Assembly (NCBI GenBank): GCA_964620125.1
Contig: CAZUGQ010000006.1
Span: forward strand, 6,216-70,215
Direction: 5' to 3'
DNA length: 64,000 bases
From: an uncultured Hyphomicrobiales bacterium
GTDB taxonomy: Bacteria > Bacteroidota > Ignavibacteria > Kapaibacteriales > Kapaibacteriaceae
The notes below the pieces were generated by a model. The model worked only from the letters and a program-made list of their open reading frames with translations, made no database searches and was not told the origin of the DNA. Shown here piece after piece: positions 1 to 12,100 of the stretch. The position numbers and the translations under genes are program-made. The first letter of the stretch is position 1. Every line of letters begins with the position of its first letter.

Positions 1-170
1 CGTGCCCATGTTCACACTTGTCTTGAAGGTACCACCTCCGAATGCCTCATTGATGGTGTAGACAACCTCACCAAGATTGTTCACAAGTTCAATGCGAACG
101 TCTCCTGCCTCGAGGTTAGCAGCTTCAATGTTGAACAGGCCACTCGTTGGGTTCGGGAACACATGAAGCT
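1..170 (-). other. T9SS C-terminal sorting domain (Por secretion tail) of the giant protein, partial; the last ~30 aa lie beyond the window
   Basis: Minus-strand translation contains VFPNPTSG...IELVNNLGEVVYT...FGGGTFKTSVNMGT, the canonical T9SS CTD beta-sandwich motifs. Confidence 0.75.
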
Positions 171-3100
171 CTGGTGCGTGGCCCGCAAACACGACGTCAT
201 TCACATCCGTGAGGGTGACGTCGTATCCATCAGATACCGAGCTACACGTGTTGTCGTCCTGAATCTCAACACGATACGTGCCTGAGGTGTTCACTAGCAA
301 GTAGTGCGCAGTTGCACCAGAAATTGGAGCATACTGACCAGGCATACCGGTTGCACGGTACCACTGGTATCCGCGGGCCACTGCTGAGTTGGCATACAGG
401 GTATCTCCACTGCGAGTTATCGATGGCCGTGCCGGTAGCGGATTAACCACAACGTCGGTTGGAACAGATGCAGCCTCGCAGCTTGCATTGTTGGTTACCA
501 CAACGGTGTAGCTACCTCCGTCAACTACAGTGATCTCACGAGTGGTAGCACCGTTCGACCAGAAGTAGCTGGAATACCCGTCCGGAGCACTGAGTACCAC
601 TGAACCACCATCGCAGAAGGTTGTTGGACCATTCGGAATCACGATTGGGGCTGGTACGGGGCTTACGGTAATGATTACCGTGTCCGATACACCCACACAT
701 CCGTTTGCATCTACAACTTCACAGTAAATGGTGTCCGTTTGCTTCACGAAGATTGAACGACCTGTGCCGTAGTTAATGTTCCGCTCAGAACGCCACGTGT
801 AAGACACATATCCATTCGGAGCACGAACTTCTACACTATCACCTGAACATACGGTGGTGGATCCCACCACAGTAAGTACTGGCGTTGGCTTCGAATTAAC
901 AAATACGTCAACCTCGGTTGAAGTGCCCGTACAGCCATTACCGTCAGCAACCGTTACGGTGTATGAACCAGCTTCGGTTACAACGATTGATTGTGTATTG
1001 GCACCGGTTGACCACAGGTACGTTGCAAATCCTGATGGTGCGGTGAGTGTTACACTGCCACCTTCGCAGAATGTGGTTGGTCCACTAACCGTGATGATTG
1101 GTAGCGAGCTTGGGAACACGTTCACCACAATTGTGTTCGATGTTCCAACGCAGCCATTCTCATCGGTTACCCGAACGAAGTAGCTACCGCCAGTGTGCAC
1201 AACGATACTGCGCGAAGTCTCACCAGTGTTCCATACATAGCTGGCAAAGCCTACCGGAGCAGACAACGTTACGTCGCCACCTTGGCAGAACGTCGTTGGA
1301 CCAGAAGCGGTTATCGTTACCGATGGCAGTTCATTCACAGTCACATTGAGCGAGTTGCGAGCAACACAGCCATACGTGTTGGTTTCTGTAACCGTTACGG
1401 CATGTGTACCCGGTACAGTCCACTCTACCGTAATGTTCGGCGTGCCTTGACCAGAGCGAATGATGTTGCCACCAGATACCACCCACGAGTATGAGTGGCC
1501 TGGCAGACCTGGCGTGCTATACGTATGGATGGTGTTCAAGCATACTGATGTTGGACCAGACACCACCGGATTCGGAAGTGGATTGATCGTTACGTTCAGT
1601 GATGCTGTAACAACACAGCCCCACGTAGAGGTTTGCGTGATCGTTACGGTGCCAGTTGTTGGCGTACTTCCAGCATTCGTCCAACGAACGTTAACGCTTG
1701 TGCTGGTTGATGTTCCAACGATTGAACCGTTGCTCGAAACCGTCCATTGATAGTTGATGAAGCCTTGGGCCGATCCCGTTGCAGGAATGCTGGTCGAGTA
1801 GGTGACCATGTTATCCGTTTGCGGGTTGTCGCCAAGATCCGTTGCACATACAACCGACGGTCCTGTAATCGTTGGAACCGGTGGGTTCGGACGAACAGTG
1901 ATTGACCGTGTGTTGCTGTTGATACAGCTCATGCTTGGCAGAACATCCGTTACCCATTCTGTAACCGAAACCGAACCTGCAATGGTGTTTGGCCACGATG
2001 GGTTCTGCCAGCTAACAGAGATGGTGTTTGTGCCCTGACCACTGATGATCGTGCCGCCAACAACAGTCCAAGTGTAGCTGTTGCCAGTCACGAAAGGTGT
2101 GGTGTACGTTTCAACAGAGTTACCACATGGATTCAGGTTTCCAGTGATGTTTGGCGACGGCGTCGGACGGATATCGAAGGTGTCGCGATCCGTCGTGATA
2201 CAGTCAGAGCCGGGGATGGTTTCCGTGACCGACAGTGTTCCTTGACCAGCAGGGCCCCAGGTTACCTGTACAGTATTCGTGTACTGTCCAGAGACGATCG
2301 TACCGCCCGTTACTGCCCAGACGAAGGTGTTGCCTGGTGTAGCAAAGGTGGTATAGGTATGAGTGCTGAAGTTGCACACGATACCTGGCCGACGTCCGGC
2401 AGGGTTTCCATAACCCGTTGTCGAGGAAATGAACGGCGTTGGGATTTCATTCACCTGTACCTGCATCGACACTGTGGTCGAGCAGCCTCCGGCAATGTTG
2501 GTTTCCGTTACCGTTACGGTATGCAGACCTGGCTGGATCCACTTGATCTCAATAGAGTTCGAGTTTGGATAGCCAACGATTGGTGCAAATGCATTGGTTG
2601 GCGTAATGCTCCAAGCATAGGCACTTCCAACCACAAACGGTGTGAAGTATACGTGATCCTTGTTGATACAGGCCACGTTTGCACCGTTAATGTTCGGAGC
2701 AGGCTTGTAGGTCACAGTTACATTCTGTACGTCAGTGGTTTGGCAATCCGTGCCCGTTGTTGTTTCAACAACAGTGAGCGTTTGATTGCCCAAACTCGTC
2801 CACTTAATCGTGACTGTGTTGCTTGTGCTTGATCCGATGATGTTACCACCCGTGACCGTCCATTGATACGAACTTGTAGCATTGAACGGTGTTGAGTACG
2901 TAATCACGTCGGTTTCACAAGCCTGATCTACCGGTCCGGTTGGCGTGAGACGAGTGATGTTCGTGGTTGAAGGCTTCGGTGAAACAATCACGGACATAGT
3001 TGCTGTGGCTTGACAGTTGCCCGAGGCATTCTTCTCGGTAACGGTCAAGGTTTGCGTACCAGCCGTTGTCCACTTCACCGTGACTTCATTGGATGTAACA

Positions 3101-6100
3101 CCGGATGTGATAATGCCACCCGTGACCGTCCACAGATATGTACTACCTGCGTTGGCCGGTGTTGAGTAGCTCTCCTCTGTATCCGTACATACGTTGGCAT
3201 CACCAGAGATGGAAGGTGCTGGCTGGAACTCAACGGTTACGTTCTTTGTGAGAGTAACCTTACAGTTCGTACCAATGGTCTGAATCTCAACTTCCACCGT
3301 TTGCAGACCCATGGCTGTCCACTGGATCGTTATTGCATTGGTGCCTGCACCGCTAGTAATCGTTCCACCAGTTACCGTCCAGATGTAGGACTGACCTGGA
3401 ATCGACGTTACACTGTATGCTTCAACCGATCCATTGCAAACAGTTGCATCGCCTGCAATTGATGTTTGCACTGGTGTCTGATTAACCAACACACTCAGTG
3501 TGGTGGTCTTGGTGCAGTTTCCAGTTGCGTTGTCTTGCTTGAGTGTTACAGTATGGGTGCCTGCAGTTGTCCACTGGATAGTGGCTGTTGGTGCCACCGT
3601 TCCCGACGTGAACGAACCTCCACCCGAGAGAGACCACAGGTAGCTATGACCAGGTACTGCTGCAACGCTGTACGATGCAATGTCGCCGGTACAAACAACG
3701 TTCGGACCTGCAATAGATGGATTGGGTTGCTCTTCTACGGTTACATCAAGTGTGAGCGTCTTCTCGCAGTTGGTACCGTTCGTGGAGATCTCAACAGTTA
3801 CCACGTTGGTGCCTAGCGCTGTCCACTCCACATTGATTGTGCTCGTTCCAGCGCCGCTTACGATTACGCCACCGGTAACAGTCCAAACGTAGGTCTGACC
3901 TGCAATGTTGGTTACACTGTAGGCTTCCACTGAACCATGGCATACGGTGGCATCACCAGCGATGCTTGTCTGAATCGGTGTTTGACCAACCGATACGCTG
4001 AGTGTGGCAAGAGCAGAGCAATTGCCAGTGCCATTCGTTTGTACTACAGTTACAGTGTGTGTTCCGCCTGTGCTCCATTCAACGGTCATTTCATGAGAGT
4101 TCACACCACTCATGATGGAACCTCCACCGCTGATGGTCCATGCATACGTATGACCTGCAACTGGATTCACACCATACGTTGCAATATCATCTGTACATAC
4201 AACCGCCGGACCAGTGATGGATGGTGCTGGCTGATCTTCAACTGAAACATTCTTGAACAGCTCTGTTTCGCAGTTCGTACCGATGGTACCGATTTCTACA
4301 ACAACAGTCTGGTTGCCGATGGAAGTCCACTGAACGTTGATGCTGCTTGTGCCTGCTCCACTAACAATCGAGCCCCCTGTCACCGTCCACGTATAGGATT
4401 GGCCAGCAACATTGGTCACACTGTATGTTTCCGTGCTGCCATAGCATACGGTTGCATCACCAGTGATCTCGGTTTGTGTTGGAGTCTGACCTACAGTCAC
4501 CAGCAGGCTTGCATTGGCGAAGCAATTGCCAGTTCCATTTGTCTGAACAACATTAACGGTCCATGTACCAGGAGTAGTCCACTCAACCGTTAGGCTGTTG
4601 GATGTGGTTGACGACATGATCGTACCACCACCGCTGATTGACCAGGAGTATGTGTGGCCAGCAACAGCCGTGACGCTGTACGTTGACATGTCGTCCGTAC
4701 AAACGGGTGTTGGACCTGCAATCGTAGGTGCTGGCTGATCTTCGACGTTTACCACTTGTGTAACCGTCTTCGAACAGGTTGTTCCTGCAGTGGTTTCCTT
4801 TAGCGTGATCGTTTGTGCACCAACGGTAGTCCATTCGATGGATACTTGGAAGGTGTTGTTGATTCCGCCAACGAAGTTACCGCCGGTAACATTCCAGAGA
4901 TACGTGTTGCCAACATTGTTCGACGTTCCGTAGGTGATCACCTGGTTAACGCAGGCAATGGCAACACCACCTGTCGGCGAGATCCGAGCGATAGCGGTTG
5001 ACGTTGGTGTCTTTCCTACGGTCACTGTAAGTGTTGCAGTTGCCGTACAGTTACCATTGGTTTCCACAACCTGAACGGTGCGGGTACCTTGCAACGTCCA
5101 CATCACTGTTACTTGATGTGATGTTGTGCCAGACATGATCGTACCACCAGCAGATGGTAGTGACCACAGGTAGGTGCTGCCCGGAACATCAGGTGTAGAG
5201 TAGACGCGAGTGTCTTCGGTACATGGCATTGCATCGCCGGTGATGGCAGGAACTGGCTGATAGGTTACACCAACATTGAGGGTTGATGTAGCCATGCAGG
5301 TTTCAGTTTCATCCTTCTCAACCAGAGTAAGCGTTTGTGTACCAACGTTGGTCCACTGAACGGTTACTTGATTGGTGGTGCCACCACTTACGATCGTACC
5401 ACCAGTTACAGACCATTGATAGATAGCATCCGTGTTGTTCGGCACACTATATACGATGGTGCTGTTGTTGCAAGCCTGGTTAACCGGGCCAGCTGGTGAG
5501 ACTCTGGTAATTGTAACAACCTGTGGTTGATACCTGATTGTAACGCTGATGTTAGTACTTGCCGAACAACCACTGAGTGTGTTCGTTTCTGTTACACCAA
5601 TCGTAGCAGCCAGAGTATTGCCTGGTGTTGGATTGTTGAACAGGATGGTAGCTGCACTTGTGGTACCACCACCAGTAATGGTTCCGTTACCACTGATTGA
5701 CCAAGCATAGGTGTTGCCAGCGATGAACGGTGTGCTGTACGTATGTGAGCTTTCGCCACAAACGTTCAGCGGACCACTGATGGTCGGGGCCGGAGCATTA
5801 GTAATAGTTACATCCTGAGATACCGTAGTTGTGCACTGCGATCCGGTATGCCACTTGTTCAGTGTTACCGTGCCTGTGCCAACAGTATTCCAGGTTACTA
5901 CCACTGTCGAAGCTTCGTCAGTGCCAACAACGGCACCATTCGAAACATTCCACTTGTAGTTGTACGTTGGATTTGGTGCAACTGGATCAGTGTTACCATA
6001 GGTAATTGTCTGACCAAGGCATGCACCACCAACGGCTCCGCCAGCAGGTGCAACACGAGTGATGGTTGGGTTTGGCTTCTCAACAATCGTAACCACCTTG

Positions 6101-9100
6101 GTTACTGTTTCCGTACAGTTCGTGGCAAGAACTGTTTCGGTGAGTTGCAGCGTGAAGGAGGAGCCTCCACCTATGTCGCCAGTCAGCACAGTTGCGGTTG
6201 CGGTATTTGCTCCGCCCGTGATGGTAGCATTGCCACCAGCAAGAACAGTCCACAGATACGTGTTATTCGGAGCGTTGTTAGCCGTGCTGTATGTGTAGAC
6301 GCTGTTGTCGCAAGTCTTGTCGGCACCATTGATTACTGGAACCGGTGTTGGATTTACGACCACGTTGAACGTCGTAACATTCATACATCCGACTGACGAA
6401 ACTTGACGCAGACGAATGAAGGCATTGGGATTCGGCGTATCCAGCCAGTCGATAGAGATGGTGTTCAGACCCACGCCTGACCGCTTGGCCGTATCACCAA
6501 CGATGCCTGCTCCCAGACCTCCGTCGATCGTACCACCAATCACCTGCCAGTTGTAGGTGTCAGACGGGTAGTTGTCTGCGGTGTATACGCGGTTCTGGTC
6601 ACCTTGGCAAACCGTTGTAGGACCATTGATAACCGGAACTGGCAATGGGTAAACAACCACGTCGTGCAACAGCGTTGTGGTGCAACCACCGTGCGAAGGA
6701 GGTAGGGTGATATCGCATTGTACTGTTCCAATGTTGGTACCACCAGTGGTATACCATTCGGCTACAATACCCGGGGTGAACTGTCCGCTGCGAATTGCAC
6801 CACTTACAACACCCGAAGGCATCGTCCACAAATACGTTGTCCCAGCTGGGAACACACATGGTGCTGGACGTTCAACATAGAAGGTATCCAGGTGCTCTTC
6901 GAAACCACCATAGATACAGGACGACGTTGGACCTTGAATATCGGCATCTGCAACAGTCGGTTCGATTGTCACATTATAGAATGCCGTGTCGGTGCAACCC
7001 CATGAGTTGGTGGCAATCATCCGAATGGTTTGTGCTAACGGATTGTAGGTACCATCGCAGTTAAGCAAGTGGATACCCCAGTCAACCACAAACGGATTCA
7101 CCGTACCACTGATCGTTGGGTTCGCAAACGTTGGTGTTGTGCCAGCAGGCGGAACGGTGGTAATCAACCATGAGAAGTACATCGGCGGAGCCGGTGTTAC
7201 CGGATCTGCTGTGTACGTAGCAGTGGATGGTCCACACGAGTTCGTAGGTCCATTAACAACTGCAACTGGCTTCTCATATACCGTTATGTTGGTGGTGCCG
7301 TAGTTAACCGGGCAAGCCGACGTTGGTATCGGTCTGGTATACGTTGCATTCTGAACCAGACGTGCCTCGACTTGCACGTTGTTCACAACGGTGAAGTTCA
7401 CCGGATTCGTAGGCTGGATCTGTGCAACGTTGAACATTGCAGACACCGCACCACCTGTGCCTTGCAGAATCACTTGTGGCGATAGGAAGGAACCGTTTAC
7501 GTTCACTTCGTACTCTACGCCAGCTTCGGTGTTTGCCAGGTTAACGGTTAACATTTCTTCCCAGCAGATTGGATTCGGGAAGAAGGTAACTGTTGGATCG
7601 GCTGGGTCTTCAAAGATGCGAGCCGTTGGGTGGGCCGTCATCGTTGCCGGACAACCACTAGCCGGTGGCAGCAGCGGAGCTGGTGGTATGAAGGCACGTA
7701 CTTCGTACTCGTAGTTGTCTACAGCAAGGAGCGGGCCACCTGTGCCAATTCCTGCCGTAGTGTTGTCCGTAAGCGTGATAGTAGGTGCGATACCCATTTG
7801 AGATACGATGGGTCCTACATAGGCACCTACAACTGGGAAGATCTGACGGCGATACAGCTCGTACATCACGTGTGGTTGCGCTGGCTGTCCTACAGTACCA
7901 ACATCAACCAACACATTGTCGCCTTCGCAAACGAGTGTGGTGGTGATCGTCACTGGGATGTCGTTCGGTGTGTCATATACCTGAATGGTTATGACGTCCG
8001 TTGCAGTACGCAGCCATTCACATGGACCGCTGATATCCGGCGTAAATGTTTGATCCTTAGCCGTGATACGGAACACATGATCTGTAATCGGTGAGGTAGT
8101 AATGGTAAGCACCGACGCAGGAACAGTAATGTTCAGGGCAGCACCTGTACCCGCGACTGGCGTAACACCCGTATTCACCCACGATGTACCATTCCACTCT
8201 TCAACACGGTAGTCTAGCCCAATTTCACTGCTTGAAAGAATTAGGTCTACTGTTTCTCCTTCGCAGATCTTGTTACCCGGTGCTGAAGAAGACGTGGTAA
8301 ACGTCAGTGGCACAGTTGGTATCAGCGGGAGATTAAGTGTTGGTTCGATTGACGTTGCAAAACATGCCGCTGGCGGAGGATTATTCGGGTCACTGGTAAA
8401 CACCAAGTACTTGACCTTACCAGGGGTTGGACCCGTCCAAACAACCTGGCAGCTGGTAGCATTTAGGGCGGCAGTGGTGAACTGACCTACACTAACGTAG
8501 CTGCCTGGTGTTCCAGTGATAATGAAGCCATTGGTTACGTACCACTGATACCAGTGGTTGGCCAGCGGCACAGGTGCAGAGTAGGTGATGATCCGTGTGG
8601 GATCAATTGCCAGCGGGCCAACTACACTAGGATTATCAAAGTACAGAGAATCCACACAAAGCTCATCCTGTGTGGCGTTGGTAATCACTGGTGCAGGTTG
8701 CGGATTCACAGGCTGCGCCACAACCGTGATATCGTAGTGCTGTACGCGCGTACAGCCTGTGATAAGGTCGGTTGCTGTAAGATCTACTGTGTGGGCTCCA
8801 GGAGCACCCCAGTCATTTACCGTGAACGTCGGTGCAACAAAGGCACTTACGGCAGCCGATGTTGCCAAGCTATAGCTGTATAGTCCTGGTAGGTAGTTCG
8901 TGATGTTGTATACCTGTGGATATGCTCCGTCGCAAACAACTTGAGGATTCGGGAAGTCGAGCAGCGGACGCACAGGGCGTGTTTCGACCGTAAACGGTCC
9001 AAAGTTGCCTACGGTAGCACATGATGCAGGTGAAAGGTTGTCGGTAACGGTAATGGTAAGATTGAAGCTTCCACCTGCCAAGATATCTGCCAAGGAAGAG

Positions 9101-12100
9101 TCACCAATTGTCACGTTCCACACTGCAGCAGCGGCGTTCAAGTTGAATGATGTGCTCAACGGAGCAGCACCCGAGTATGCACCAACAGGTGTGAGCTGGA
9201 AGTTCCAGTTACGGGTTACTCCACCACCAGGATATGCTGAAGCATTTCCAGTTATCGCATACGTTCCCCCTACGCAGATTGGAACAGGCACAGTTGGCGC
9301 AAGTACCGTCGGGTCCGGAACAATGTTCACTGACTGAGTGAACGCTACTGCACATCCGCCCACACCAGGATTGGTAACAGTAATGGTCAGATTACCAGAA
9401 GCAACGCCAGGTCCTGGATTGGTGGCTGTAAATGCAACGGATGGAAGATTCAGTGGTGGTGTTAGAGCAATGTTGAGCGGTGTGGTTGTCGACCAGAGGT
9501 ATGTAGCTCCAGGAAGTACTGTTCCAACACCTGGGTTGAAGGTTGCAACTCCACCGTCTCCATTACAAACTGCCGTTGGTACGACCGAAACGGTACCTGT
9601 TGGTTGCGGATTAACCGTGATGTTAAACTCCCGTTCCGTCACGCAGCCAGGCGCTGCTGGGTTGGTTTCGGTAATTCTGATTCTGGCCGAGGTTACCCCG
9701 GCGTTGTACGTAACTCCAAACTGTCCATTAGCAAGATTCAGTGCAACGGAGACGACGCCACCACTCAGGACACTCACACTCCAGTTGTTACCATTTGGCC
9801 ACGGGCCACTAATCTGATAGGTGTGCGGCCCAGTACCGGCACATGGATTTCCTGCAATAGGCGTTACATAACCCGGACCGGAAATTGTTTTCGGTGTAGG
9901 CGACTCAGTTACTGTGACATTCTGAGTAATCGTAACAGCACATCCGGTTGCGATGATGGTTTCAGTTACCGAAACCCAGTTTGCACCAGGCAATGACCAA
10001 CGAACGATAGCATCAAGGTTTGCACCTGCACCGTTCACCAACCAGTTTGAGGTGTTGGTGTTCGTGAATATGCCATTCAGCACCGTGAAATTGTACGAGC
10101 GGCCTGAAACACCAAGAATGCGGTAGGTGTACTCGTACAATGCTCGACCACTTTCTAGTGTTCCACCGATGTATGTACAGCCTTGCGACGGGTTGAGCAA
10201 CCACGTTGGATTCGGAAGTGGATTTACAACAATGTTGTTCAGCGGATTGTGAACTCTGACGCAACCGCCAGAAGTTGTTTCAGTAACGGACACTGAGTAT
10301 GTACCAGGCAACAACCAGTCGATGGTAATGGTGTGGTTGTTTGGAGGAGCAGGAATGGTAGCATTCCAGTTCACACCGGCCGTTCCCGGAGTAATCGACC
10401 AAGTGTACGATGATCCAGGTGTTGCCGCTATGGAATACGTGCGGTTGTCTTGTTCGCACACGGTGCCAGCAGGAGTTTGAACCACTGTGGCTGCTGCCGG
10501 TACACCATTCACCTGGAGAGTATGAACTACCGACGTTGGTCCAGCACATGACCTGTTCGAACCAGGAACTCCAGCAGCACCACCAGTACCGTTTGAAGGC
10601 TGTACCGTGAGAGATGCGGAGTAGTGGCTTGTCGAAGCTGGCCACGCAATCGAAACGGTATTCGTTGGGTGCTGGGTAGTAACCGTAACAGTACCACCAG
10701 ACACAGGGTTACCGTTCATGGTTGTTCCTACCGGTGCACCGGTAAGAACCCAGCGATACAGCGTTGCAGGGGCAGTAGCACCTACACCGGAGGCACCCGC
10801 CTGCGTGTAGATTGCCGTGGTACCAGCGCAGGGGTTACCTGGCTGATTCACTGCTGTGTTTACACCTGGTCCGGTAATTCCTGCTGGTGTTTCAACACCA
10901 GGTGTCCTGTAGAAGGTAGAAGTAATGGTAGCATCCGGGTTGGAAGCACACACGATAGGCACAGAGGTTTGCTCCTCCATGTTAATCGTTACACTCGTTC
11001 CACCTTGCGCCAACAATGCGTTATTGAAGAAAATGGTCGTGTTCTGAGCAGCATTGTTGTTATTTGGAACAAACGCAGTTACTGCCGGGCTAGGCGACGA
11101 CCAGTGGAAGGTGTTCGGTGCATTGCTGTTCGGAACACCTGCAGTGGTGGTTGCATCACCGCATCGGTTAGCACCAAGCGTAATAACCTGCGCTACCGGT
11201 AGTGCAACAACCTGGAAGTTTACTGTGTTCGATGTAACCTGCGATGTTTCACAACCATTAAACGTATAGGTCACAACAGCTGAGTAGCTGTGTGTACCAG
11301 GCGTACGAAAGGCTGGCGGAACTGCGAATGCCGGGGGAATAAATGGATCCACGCCGGGAGTGAAGGTGCCTGCAGTTCCCATTGATGTTGCACCGTCAAA
11401 GTACTCGATGTCAACATCTGCATACGGAGGACCAACAAGAATAGGATCCGACGTGTAGGCCTCGTCATTAATCGCGGCATAGTTCACAAGTGCATTCTGA
11501 TACACTGCGTTACCGGCCGTGCCACACTCATTCTCAAATCCAGCAAACACACCGTAAAAACCTGCACCGGGATTCGGTACATCATCCAAGCGCCATTCGA
11601 TGCGGCTTGGCGTACCGGCATACCCGTCCTCGTAAATGATCAACTGCATGTTGACCACGTTTGCCTGGAATGGGTTCACGAACGGAACATTTTCGTAGGT
11701 GATCACCAGGTAATTGCCATTGGCATCTTCCTGTACTTGCCACCAAATGTTGCCTCCGGCTGCTGGATCCAAATCCACATTACCAAGGATAACGGTCTTG
11801 TTCGGCCCGTTCACGTTTGGAACATTGGCTGGAATAATCCCAGCGTCCACACCATTGAGGAACGTGATGAATCCGTTCGAGGCCACATAGAAGCCATCGT
11901 TGGTAAGATTCAGCAACTCGCCATAGAAGCTGAACTCAAAGTCAGCTCCGCCGGTTTGTTGCGGGTTCTGCTCACCCGAAATCCCATCGTCTCCGAGGGC
12001 AAGGTTGTTTACCGGGCCATTGGCAACGCCACCGGCATTCTGGCCCAGCATACCGCCCGGCCAGAGAAGTGCAGCCGGCGCAGATGGTTGGGGAACGTCC

